Source: a virus
Reading direction: 5' to 3' (one strand)
IMG/VR virus record: IMGVR_UViG_3300050015_000702
DNA length: 64,000 nucleotides
Shown here: one piece after another, positions 55,398 through 64,000 of the stretch
Position numbering within the stretch: the first letter of the stretch is position 1
How the letters are laid out: every line of letters begins with the position of its first letter
Position numbers and translations under genes: made by a program
Notes under the pieces: model-generated
Databases searched by the model: none
What the model was told of the DNA's origin: nothing
Seen by the model: only the letters and a program-made list of their open reading frames with translations

Positions 55398-55727
55398 CCA
55401 ATCTAGCAATGGCATTCTTTTCCATTTTTGAACCTGCGGAACCCAAACATATAAATAATTTTCATCTACAGACAGATGCGTCCTCGAATCAATTGGAAGA
55501 CTTTCTGGACTCAAGTCCGGAACTAAATCCTGACCCGAATATTTTACTGCTGTAACATTTCTTTTTGCAGCATCTTCATCAAGTTTTAATTGAATCTCGT
55601 TACCCAATCTTTCAACAGTAATGACGTATGGTTTTCTCCAGTCGACACTATCTACCTGTATAACAGTATTTCCAACTGAAATTGTGGGGCAACCCTTATC
55701 TTCTCTAAAAAAACGTTCAAGTGACAT
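55389..55727 (-). CDS. hypothetical protein with tail-fibre-like C-terminal motif
   Basis: DENYLYVWV....WKRMPL resembles the DxNYxYVC..WKR motif at tail-fibre ends. Confidence 0.55.
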   Translation of the reverse strand: MSLERFFREDKGCPTISVGNTVIQVDSVDWRKPYVITVERLGNEIQLKLDEDAAKRNVTAVKYSGQDLVPDLSPESLPIDSRTHLSVDENYLYVWVPQVQKWKRMPLLDWLG

Positions 55728-55729
55728 GA

Positions 55730-57250
55730 TTAATTTGTTGCAACTGAAATAGATCTAGCTAAAAGAGCAGTTTTGGCAGTTAAGCCATCTCCAGTTGGAG
55801 CGGCATTACCAGTACCTGTAAGATTAATATTTCCATATTGAGGCCAGGAGGATACATTGGTACTTATATCAATTAAAAGTTGATTCACAACAGATTCTGT
55901 AAGTAAATTACTATCTAGATATAAAGCTCGTAATCTATACCACTCTGGGTGATACGTAAATGAAGTAAGTTTATTATTTGAGAGCTGAATTTGATAAATC
56001 ATTGTATTCTCCGGTTTTAATGGGGATGAAGTTATAAGATTATTAACAGCTATTAAATATTGCAAATTTGTAAGTTCAGCAGGAATATCCAAAGAAGTTA
56101 AACTATTCTCCGAAATAGTCAAATAGTATAATGGAGTCCATTCTGGCTTAACTGTAAAAGAGGATAAAGAAGCATCGTTTAATCCCAAATACGATAAATG
56201 GGTATACGCAGCAGGAACATCTACCATTCCTAGTTTATTGCTACCAAGATCCAAATTACTCATATTTGTCCATTCCGAGCGTAATTCCACAGATGTTAAA
56301 AAATTAGATGCTAAATACAATACGGTTAAATTTACCCATTCTGGATAAGAATTAAAAGAAGTTAGTGAGTTATAATATAAATACAGCTGAGTTAAATTTG
56401 CCCACGTTGAAGGGCAGGGAATCGTGTTTAATGTAGTATAATATATTTGAAGTGTATTCATTTGGATCCATTCTGGAGGGAGATAAAGTGTAGATATATC
56501 ATTAGAACCCAATGATAAATTTAGCATCTTTGATAATTCTGGTTTTCCAATAAAAGAATGTAACCCACATCCATCTAAAGCTAAATATTGTAAATTTACC
56601 CATTCTGGAAGAGTAGGATCAGTTCCGATAGGAGAATAATATAATTCCAGAGTATTTAGATTTATCCACTCTGGTTTTAATACAGGAGCAGTTAACTCAT
56701 AATTATATCCTAACCCCAAATAAGCTAAATTAGTCCATTCAGATTTTCCATCAAAAGAAGTTAAGTGGCAGCCATCCAAATTAAGATGAGATAAAGGCCA
56801 TTCGCTTTTAGTTGGAAAAGAGGTCAAAGGGCTCCAAGTAATATCCACATATTGCAAATTAGTAAATCCGTCTCCAATATCAATTGATTCCACTTGGGCA
56901 CTATTAAAAGCAATTTGGTTTAAATTAGTTCCATTTCGAAGGATTGCATATCTCATAGGATAGCCAGCGTTATCTAAATATGTTATTTGAGATATATCTT
57001 GAATAGTCCACTTATCCGGAGGCGTTCCTGAATAATCATGATACGGATAAGAAGAAGGTGCTACATTTTCAATAGTTCCATCTCCCCAGTTTACGTTTAA
57101 ATTTGAAGACCCAACAAAATTGAATCCAGCACTGGAATATCCATTTACCGTTCCAAATTCATTTGGCCAAGAAATAGGCGCAGGACCTCCATGATGAACA
57201 AAACTATGTCCTCGTTTCACAAATTGGTCTGTACGTTTTACAATTGACAT
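55730..57250 (-). CDS. leucine-rich repeat protein with PKD-like N-terminus (probable virion/receptor-binding)
   Basis: About 16 repeats of ~22 aa (PEWxNLxxLxLxxNxLTS) and VNWGDGT. Start reassigned to ATG 57250 (TAATG overlap). Confidence 0.8.
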   Translation of the reverse strand: MSIVKRTDQFVKRGHSFVHHGGPAPISWPNEFGTVNGYSSAGFNFVGSSNLNVNWGDGTIENVAPSSYPYHDYSGTPPDKWTIQDISQITYLDNAGYPMRYAILRNGTNLNQIAFNSAQVESIDIGDGFTNLQYVDITWSPLTSFPTKSEWPLSHLNLDGCHLTSFDGKSEWTNLAYLGLGYNYELTAPVLKPEWINLNTLELYYSPIGTDPTLPEWVNLQYLALDGCGLHSFIGKPELSKMLNLSLGSNDISTLYLPPEWIQMNTLQIYYTTLNTIPCPSTWANLTQLYLYYNSLTSFNSYPEWVNLTVLYLASNFLTSVELRSEWTNMSNLDLGSNKLGMVDVPAAYTHLSYLGLNDASLSSFTVKPEWTPLYYLTISENSLTSLDIPAELTNLQYLIAVNNLITSSPLKPENTMIYQIQLSNNKLTSFTYHPEWYRLRALYLDSNLLTESVVNQLLIDISTNVSSWPQYGNINLTGTGNAAPTGDGLTAKTALLARSISVATN

Positions 57251-60200
57251 TATTGAACAGTTAAAAGTCCTTCCCAAACCTGGGATTTTATATTGCCGTA
57301 TTTATCATAAGCCTCAAGCTGAACATCAAAGACCCCAGCTTTATTAAAGATGAATGGAACTACTTTATTATAAACTTTGAAAATCATTCTCTTATCATCT
57401 GTATTTCTAACCGTCCAAATATTTCTCTGTTCAAGCATATAATCTGAAGGATCATACATCGAGCTAAAGATAACTAGCGTGCTGATGTCGACACTTATTG
57501 CTTGGGTGAATGGATAATAAGGTTTAGTAAGTAAGTTATCCGTAGACGGATCGTACCACTGTGCTATCGCGTAATCTTGATCAAACAATAGGTTTACAAA
57601 AACAAATGTGTTGTCTAAGTAGTATTCTGTGTGATGAGGATCATTCATGTAAAGATCGAAATTGTTATCGACCTCAGATGCTGTGGAAATATCTATCTGA
57701 AAATCCGCAAATGAAGAGAATGCATGTTTAGCAGATAAAGTGTATCTTGGATTTCCAATAACGAATTGTGGCAGGTTTCCTTGGAAAGTATGACGATAAG
57801 CACTAACATCTATAACTCTAAATGAACTTCCCCATCGGTATCCTGTTGAAAGATCATCAATAATAACCCCCACTAATTGATGGTCACTTCCATCAAGGAA
57901 TTCAGCAGCTGTAAATTGATAAGCTGAAATATCCAATGACATGGATTTTGTAGCAATATTATTAGAAGCATTGCTACAGAATCTTTCTGTATCATTTAAG
58001 ATATAAACTTCGGTGGAAGCTTCTTGTCCGATAAAATTAGGGGGAATCTGGTTTAAGGTTACAAATATTTCGCCAAACATTCCAAGAGAAGAAGGATCAG
58101 TAGTAATTAAAGCACTAACTTCTTGTAAGAATGAAAGAGAATGTTTGTCCCATTGAACCAATACGACGTTATCTCCATTATAGAATTTCTCAAAGTTCTG
58201 ATTAATAACTAAAGTAGAACCATCCAAGTTATAGCATTGCTCTGTTAAGTTATAAAAACGAGTAATATCCCCTGTATTTGGAACATCAATAAAATAAGAT
58301 AAAGAAGGAACGCTAATATATGGTATTCCTTGTAAATCATATTCTAAAGATAATCCTTCAAGAGGAATTTGACGATCAAATAATGGATAAAGGTTTTGAC
58401 TAATTAAAGTGCTCGCTTCATCTGGAGTTATAAAAGTACTTACATTCTGAATGGTTAAGAAATTATTCGTTGACATATCCAAATAGGAAAGTATTGTTGG
58501 AAATTTTTGCCAAACAGAATATGGTGTTTTTATATTATTGTTGAACAGGTTGTTTTGACTATCCCATCCATAAATCTCAATAGTATATGGTCCTGTGTGA
58601 TGAACATCAAGTTGGTAAACTCCATTATCAATTACCTTAGAAGAAGGTTCTTGATTCTTCATGGAATTCCAATAATATGCTGAAGGATCATAAATAGCTA
58701 AAGACATTCTAGGAGAATGATAAACAACATTATAAACTATCTGCTGCTCATTTAAGGATGTATCATAATTAAAGTTAATATAGTTTTCAATATCAATTAC
58801 TTCTCCCTTACTTCCCAGCATGCTAGAATCCATTGCAATTTTTCCATCAAGAATATCTAGAAAGTATTTCTTCGGAAAGTGAATAACATCGGAAGAAGCA
58901 TCGGTAAATTTATAGTTCTCCATTATTAAAAGAGGAACTTTATAAAATTTATCTACAGCATAAACTAGTTGAGAACTAACATCGGGAACAAAGGTCAAAT
59001 AGTCGTATGATTTCCACATGTGAACACCAGCCGAGTTATCCATCCAGTATCCTCCAATACATGGGTCGGAATAAATGCGGTATTCAATTGATTCAGTCCA
59101 GACATCGCTTTCGGTACTTCTTAAATAAGCTTTTTCTAGAATAATATCTAGCTTGGTTGAAACATCATAAAATATGGACGAAGAATCTAATATATTCAAA
59201 TAACGAATTTCATTTTCGATAATTAGAAGAGGATTCGTAACTAGATTATTTTGAATAGCTCCAGCATCAGTTTTAGAAACAGAAGCTTTCCATTGAATAT
59301 CATAAAGATCTTTTAAAGGAGTATTTGCAGAGTTGCCTACAAATATAGTCGATGGATCGTAATAAGATAACTTTGAAGCATCTGCAGGAGAGTAAGCTCC
59401 ATTGGAAGGATCCCAGTAATAAGAAACAAGATCCTGAAAACGAAGTGGCAAATTTTTGGGCGCTGTAATATGCAATTCTTTAAGAGTTAATAGCATACTA
59501 GCATCCCCGTAAACTAATTCGGAATCAGGATTGACTGTCATAGGACTTAAAGACTGAGTAAAATTAGCTACAGTTCCGTAGTTTTGGGTTGAATAAACTA
59601 TGCTTTTATATCTTTCAAAATAAACTCCTTCTCCGGTTATGTCAGTAATTCTGGCATTAACTCCGATGACCCATCTTTCGAGCCATTGTTTAAGCGAGTA
59701 TAATTTTACGAATATTTCATCGAGGTTATACGTGTAACAATTCTCGGTAATCGGTGTTCCATAATCATCGACTTGACCCGTCTCTCGTGTAATACAATAA
59801 ACCAGCGATAATTGATTTAACTTTTTAAGGTTTCTTCTTTCATCTGGAGTAAAGTACATGATAGTTTTTGTTCTATCGGCAGCTTCATAAGGAACAGTTA
59901 AAGATAATTTTGTGCCATCTTTAACATTGCTGAACCATTCTTTCACTTTAATATCTTCATATCCTAACCATTTGATCGCATTGATAAGAGCTTTATATGT
60001 GCCTATAAACGGCATAATCTTATCATGTTCAAGAATGATATGTTTTCCTTTTTGATTTAGTAATTGCCAATCCGGGAGATCTTCATTTATATCAGCTTCC
60101 TTAAATAATCTATGATTAGCTTTTGGTGAGGGTAGACCAAAATCTGTTATAAGCGTATCAAAACGTTCATCAGGTCCAATTGATTCGGCATTGCAAAGTA

Positions 60201-60933
60201 TTTCATAAAGTAGATAACGTTGTTCCCCTACTAAATGATAAACTCTTAGTTTTCTTTCAAAAACTCCTTCATCTTCAGCACGAAACCCAATATTAGCTAT
60301 TAATGGAAAATTTTCTAAATAAACGCTCACATCAACAACCACTTCGTCAGACCACTGAACAAGTTGAGTGGTCTCATCTACGGTAAATAGTTTTATTTCG
60401 GGGTCTCCGGCAGGATCCATAGAAAATATAAGAGTGGGATTTACAGTATCGTATGGACGAATCCATTTACTTCCATCTTTTTGTAAAAAGGATAAGTGTT
60501 CTGTTTCTACTAAACCCTGCGAAACAGGATCTAAAAATATAGCTGAAGTAAAAGTTACTGAAGGATATGTAAAAGCAGTACTAATATCCAAATTAGCTCC
60601 ACCTATAGCCAAAGAATTATGGCAAGATGGATTGCAAACATAAACGTATGTAAAATTAATAGAAGCTTCCTGTGAAGTTAAAATCCCCGGATCTGTTCCA
60701 AATGTATAGGATAGACTTACCTGAGTAGCAGCATCATATTCCCAGCCTGAATTCGTAATTTTAACTCCATCAGAACCATAAATAATCAAAGAACTAGGAT
60801 CGGTTATAGCATATCCTGAAGCTCCAATAGCATTCTGAGCTGTAGAAACAAATTGAAGATTTAAATATGAGTCAGCAAATAGGTTTAATGAGCTTCCTTT
60901 TTTATCGTAAACTTTCCAATTTTGGGTCTTCAT
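57250..60933 (-). CDS. large baseplate wedge protein (gp7-like)
   Basis: GTYKALINAIKWLGY motif, position downstream of the gp6-like gene, and a C-terminal PKD-like strand pattern. Confidence 0.6.
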   Translation of the reverse strand: MKTQNWKVYDKKGSSLNLFADSYLNLQFVSTAQNAIGASGYAITDPSSLIIYGSDGVKITNSGWEYDAATQVSLSYTFGTDPGILTSQEASINFTYVYVCNPSCHNSLAIGGANLDISTAFTYPSVTFTSAIFLDPVSQGLVETEHLSFLQKDGSKWIRPYDTVNPTLIFSMDPAGDPEIKLFTVDETTQLVQWSDEVVVDVSVYLENFPLIANIGFRAEDEGVFERKLRVYHLVGEQRYLLYEILCNAESIGPDERFDTLITDFGLPSPKANHRLFKEADINEDLPDWQLLNQKGKHIILEHDKIMPFIGTYKALINAIKWLGYEDIKVKEWFSNVKDGTKLSLTVPYEAADRTKTIMYFTPDERRNLKKLNQLSLVYCITRETGQVDDYGTPITENCYTYNLDEIFVKLYSLKQWLERWVIGVNARITDITGEGVYFERYKSIVYSTQNYGTVANFTQSLSPMTVNPDSELVYGDASMLLTLKELHITAPKNLPLRFQDLVSYYWDPSNGAYSPADASKLSYYDPSTIFVGNSANTPLKDLYDIQWKASVSKTDAGAIQNNLVTNPLLIIENEIRYLNILDSSSIFYDVSTKLDIILEKAYLRSTESDVWTESIEYRIYSDPCIGGYWMDNSAGVHMWKSYDYLTFVPDVSSQLVYAVDKFYKVPLLIMENYKFTDASSDVIHFPKKYFLDILDGKIAMDSSMLGSKGEVIDIENYINFNYDTSLNEQQIVYNVVYHSPRMSLAIYDPSAYYWNSMKNQEPSSKVIDNGVYQLDVHHTGPYTIEIYGWDSQNNLFNNNIKTPYSVWQKFPTILSYLDMSTNNFLTIQNVSTFITPDEASTLISQNLYPLFDRQIPLEGLSLEYDLQGIPYISVPSLSYFIDVPNTGDITRFYNLTEQCYNLDGSTLVINQNFEKFYNGDNVVLVQWDKHSLSFLQEVSALITTDPSSLGMFGEIFVTLNQIPPNFIGQEASTEVYILNDTERFCSNASNNIATKSMSLDISAYQFTAAEFLDGSDHQLVGVIIDDLSTGYRWGSSFRVIDVSAYRHTFQGNLPQFVIGNPRYTLSAKHAFSSFADFQIDISTASEVDNNFDLYMNDPHHTEYYLDNTFVFVNLLFDQDYAIAQWYDPSTDNLLTKPYYPFTQAISVDISTLVIFSSMYDPSDYMLEQRNIWTVRNTDDKRMIFKVYNKVVPFIFNKAGVFDVQLEAYDKYGNIKSQVWEGLLTVQ

Positions 60934-60939
60934 ATTTAG

Positions 60940-61236
60940 TTAATTAATGTTCGTAGTATTTTTATCATGAGCAATGCTGAATGTCTTTTTGATAGACTTG
61001 ACGTTTTCCAATATAAAGTTTATCATAGCTTCAATTTGTGCTAATAAAGGCTGCTGAAGCGGGTTAGCCCATAATTCGGCTGAAGTCATTCTCTTTAGTA
61101 TTTTTCCTCGATAATCATATCCCAGATTTAAATAGCTGTCATTTAAATGACGAGCTGAATCCAAATATGATGGACGAACTAAATGTTTCTGAGAATTGCT
61201 ACTAATAGCGTTCTGTTTTTGTATTGCGTTTGCCAT
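60940..61236 (-). CDS. hypothetical baseplate-associated protein
   Basis: 98-aa ORF in the baseplate operon. Confidence 0.6.
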   Translation of the reverse strand: MANAIQKQNAISSNSQKHLVRPSYLDSARHLNDSYLNLGYDYRGKILKRMTSAELWANPLQQPLLAQIEAMINFILENVKSIKKTFSIAHDKNTTNIN

Positions 61237-61244
61237 TGGTCAAA

Positions 61245-63143
61245 TTATATTGAACTTACTATGGTTTTGTTACTGTTTGAATTGAAATCAACTGGGGTAA
61301 TTCCTCTAAGCTGTATATTTACCGATGATAAACGGTCTTTTACAATGGAGTCATCATAGTAAATTCCATTTGAACTTTCAAATCCGCCACGAATGAGTGG
61401 ATACAGATCGCTTACAGGAACCTGATTACCAAATGCATCATTTACATATCTTACTAGGATAATATCCCCATAATCGTCAATTCCATAACCATTTCCATAA
61501 ATTGAGAAATTATCTTTAGAAGCATCAAACCAAACTGTTACAGAGTCAACACCATCAATAAGTTCTATAATTCTAACTAGATCTGATTGAGGAATTCTAT
61601 CCCTTCTAGTATTTTTTAAGAAGTAATCCGAAGTTTTGGAAACAATAGTTTCTCTGATATTGTTTAAATCGAATCCCTCATAGATGATAAGGGAAACATT
61701 TATAACAAATCTTGGGTATTTTATCTGCATGATAGCATTGTCGACCGTAATAATTCTTTGTCCACTTTCTTCTATAAGGTCCAATATTCCCAATTTTTCG
61801 TTATCTGTTAAAATAAAGGAGTCCAAACTACAGGTATAATAATTCTGATTTGCTGGGATACGTTTGTTTACATCTGGAACTAAATAGAGATATACTGTGT
61901 TGTCATCCTTCTTTTGTTCGGTAATAGCAGCTTGCCAAAAATAAACTTGTTGTTGAGCTGCATCAACTTGCGGTTTTAAAGCTATTGCTTGAGCCGATCC
62001 GGTTCCAACAGTAGATGCCAAATTTCTATATTGTTCACTTAAATTTTCATATGTTGTCTGAGCCTGATTGTATTTGTCAGCAGCATATCTGTCTTCAAAT
62101 GTAGCAAATCCAGGTACAGCATCCACAATAGTAAACATATTAAGCTTACGTAGGAAATAAATGTAATTAGTTGAATTTGCTAAAACAAAACTTCTTGAAG
62201 TGTGGGGTGCTAATAATCTTGTAAGGTAAAGGGGTTCTTCTTGAGTTCCAAATAAAACATCTTTCTGAATAACGACCTTTAGAATTTTATTGAGATCGAT
62301 CTCTTGACTATTTAAAGCATAACCTCGAGTTTCAAATTTCCAGTTTGTAAGTTGTTTTGCCTCGGCAGTTCTAATGTTACCAGTTTCCCCATCAGTTAAA
62401 AGGTATTCAACCAAAATGGTAGATCCTAAACGAGGAACTGCACCATTATATCCATTACCAAAGAAAATATCAATACCTCCAGTTTGACCTGTTTTAACCA
62501 TAACAGCTTGTTCATCAATAATCATGTCGAGAATACTGTCTCTGGTGGTCCATTTAACTCCATCAACATAAATATTCACAAAATAGTTATCGATGATAGA
62601 TCCTTTTTTAGCTTGGAAGTTAAAACTTTGTAAAGCATCTCCAGTACCAGAAGCTTGCTGATATTCAAGTTTACCTTGAACAATATTTACATCAACAAAG
62701 TTACTAATTGAAGTTAGGTCCAGCCTAACTTCTTGCCCCGGAAGAATAATGGTATAAGTTAAACCATTAATTGTAGAAGTTACTCTAGTATAATTTGGAA
62801 TAACTACTGTGTTGCCGTAAATATCAATTTTAGTTCCATTATAGATTAGACGAAGAGTTCCTCGTGCGGCCACTCCCCTAGAAGGATTATGCCCTGTAAG
62901 ACTCGCCAGACCCTTTACACTGTTGGGCCTTGTTGCAGTATTAATGTTAAGTTCCGTAATAGAATCCTCAACATAGTAAAGAATCATACGACCCAAACTT
63001 AAAACAACCTGAAGAATCTGCCCCATTGGAGAAGCCATCGTAAACGCCTGGCCTACATCATCATAAGATTGTTTTACAAAGTTAATCGCATCTTGAAATA
63101 ATTCAGTTAACCTAATTCTTGAAGTAGTTATGATGTCTGCCAT
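61245..63143 (-). CDS. gp6: baseplate wedge subunit, T4 gp6-like
   Basis: SPMGQIL, ELNINTA...SVKGLA.LTGH, IFFGNG..G.VP..GS.I.VEYL.TDGE.GN. Confidence 0.8.
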   Translation of the reverse strand: MADIITTSRIRLTELFQDAINFVKQSYDDVGQAFTMASPMGQILQVVLSLGRMILYYVEDSITELNINTATRPNSVKGLASLTGHNPSRGVAARGTLRLIYNGTKIDIYGNTVVIPNYTRVTSTINGLTYTIILPGQEVRLDLTSISNFVDVNIVQGKLEYQQASGTGDALQSFNFQAKKGSIIDNYFVNIYVDGVKWTTRDSILDMIIDEQAVMVKTGQTGGIDIFFGNGYNGAVPRLGSTILVEYLLTDGETGNIRTAEAKQLTNWKFETRGYALNSQEIDLNKILKVVIQKDVLFGTQEEPLYLTRLLAPHTSRSFVLANSTNYIYFLRKLNMFTIVDAVPGFATFEDRYAADKYNQAQTTYENLSEQYRNLASTVGTGSAQAIALKPQVDAAQQQVYFWQAAITEQKKDDNTVYLYLVPDVNKRIPANQNYYTCSLDSFILTDNEKLGILDLIEESGQRIITVDNAIMQIKYPRFVINVSLIIYEGFDLNNIRETIVSKTSDYFLKNTRRDRIPQSDLVRIIELIDGVDSVTVWFDASKDNFSIYGNGYGIDDYGDIILVRYVNDAFGNQVPVSDLYPLIRGGFESSNGIYYDDSIVKDRLSSVNIQLRGITPVDFNSNSNKTIVSSI

Positions 63144-63793
63144 TGGATTGTTTTTATTTTATTACGTTCTAGAGCTTTTTTTCGAATAGCTTCTTTGGAT
63201 TCTTCGGAATGATGTCTATTAATCCACGGATGGGAAGTATCCACCCATCTTTGTTTCATTTTTTCTGGATCCTGGGTTTTGCCAAACATACTATTTTTGT
63301 CTCCAGTCATTTGTTGTCCATTCAAAGAAATAATTTTTCTAACTTCCTTTGTTTTTTCCGAATCGGAGGACCAAAATGCTAATAAGGAGTTGCTGATTCT
63401 ATCTTTTTTTTCTTGAGCCATTTTTTCTCCTTTATTAGTTGGGCTTTTTCCTAATCTAGCATTTCTCATTTTCATTTTGGTTTCTTCAGAGCAACATCCG
63501 ATAACACCGATTCCCCCTTTGGGGCTTAGATTATATCCATTAGGAGCTAGAGTATTAAATTGTATAATATATTTTTCTTGAGCCTCATATGCTTCTTTTC
63601 TTGTTGGAAACCACTCTAAAATTTCCTTGAAAAAATTTTGAACTCCATATTTTTTTCGAGAAAAACAAAAATATTTGCCGCTTCCGATATAATATCTTTT
63701 TTCTTTCGGATTTATCATGTGATCACCGACATACTGTTTACCATTAATTAAATTAGTGGTTAAATAAACATAATATTTCATATTTGTTTCCAT
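63128..63793 (-). CDS. Seg-like GIY-YIG homing endonuclease
   Basis: YVYLTTNLINGKQYVGDH.INPKEKRYYIGSG, nearly identical to 35546. Confidence 0.88.
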   Translation of the reverse strand: METNMKYYVYLTTNLINGKQYVGDHMINPKEKRYYIGSGKYFCFSRKKYGVQNFFKEILEWFPTRKEAYEAQEKYIIQFNTLAPNGYNLSPKGGIGVIGCCSEETKMKMRNARLGKSPTNKGEKMAQEKKDRISNSLLAFWSSDSEKTKEVRKIISLNGQQMTGDKNSMFGKTQDPEKMKQRWVDTSHPWINRHHSEESKEAIRKKALERNKIKTIQWQTS

Positions 63794-63795
63794 AA

Positions 63796-63999
63796 TTAAC
63801 GAACGAGCACCCCAATTACTTTTTGGTCGTCAATGTAAATATCAATGACACAATAGTCGAATCCATCCGCATGACCAAAGGATACGGTAGGTTTAATTTT
63901 ATATTGACTTGCTTCTGCAATATATTGGGTAATCTGTTTGGAAATTTTTTCTTCAAGATCAATATTGTTGATCCTTGTTTCAAAAATCATATCCTCAAT
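63796..63999 (-). CDS. gp25-like baseplate protein, 5' partial
   Basis: Frame is open to the window end. EDMIFE...LEEKISKQITQYI pattern; lies upstream of the gp6-like gene. Confidence 0.55.
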   Translation of the reverse strand: MEDMIFETRINNIDLEEKISKQITQYIAEASQYKIKPTVSFGHADGFDYCVIDIYIDDQKVIGVLVR

Positions 64000-64000
64000 T

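Noticed and set aside
52080-57250. Diversity-generating retroelement acting on the modular or LRR proteins
   Set aside because: There is no reverse transcriptase in the window, and I saw no TR/VR pair differing only at adenines.
1-64000. Alternative genetic code (TAG/TGA recoding, as in some large phages)
   Set aside because: Long genes are intact in the standard code. TAG and TGA sit at true gene ends with tightly coupled downstream starts.
1-64000. CRISPR array, tRNA or rRNA genes
   Set aside because: I saw no regularly spaced DNA repeats or cloverleaf signatures by eye. The FER repeats are conserved at protein level and lie inside ORFs.

Overview
This AT-rich 64 kb window is a segment of a large (jumbo-type) T4-like myovirus genome read in the standard genetic code. 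The host is probably Bacteroidota: there is a TAnnTTTG promoter, leaders are A-rich with little Shine-Dalgarno signal, and a DUF4494-like gene is present. From left to right it carries: (i) a metallophosphoesterase and a late-expressed patatin phospholipase; (ii) the head module (gp21-like prohead protease fused to a scaffold-like region, and gp23-like major capsid protein); (iii) a minus-strand glycosyltransferase/methyltransferase cluster (GT10, two GT25, exostosin-like, GT9-like, FkbM and a frameshifted SAM methyltransferase); (iv) putative internal head proteins and a SET-domain protein; (v) a candidate DNA base-modification locus (dNMP kinase-UDG-fold fusion, dCMP-type thymidylate-synthase homolog, amino-methyltransferase, AsnB amidotransferase); (vi) many small ORFs; and (vii) a baseplate/tail module (gp53-, hub-, gp5-, gp7-, gp6- and gp25-like genes, plus an LRR protein). 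About 13 free-standing homing endonuclease genes are scattered through it, and several left duplicated or recoded target-gene ends. The most novel signal is a ~19-aa motif ([ILVM]xE|Sx[ND]FERxx[DE]P[ILF]xx[LM]xIG) found 14 times in four genes. Nine copies punctuate one 1105-aa protein into separate ~100-150-aa modules, and each copy starts at a site resembling a gp21 cleavage site. This suggests a protease-processed, capsid-targeted cargo polyprotein system. A second signal is strong D-x-S enrichment in a baseplate protein, a candidate sequon for the phage-encoded glycosyltransferases. All function calls come from motif recognition by eye; no database searches were run.
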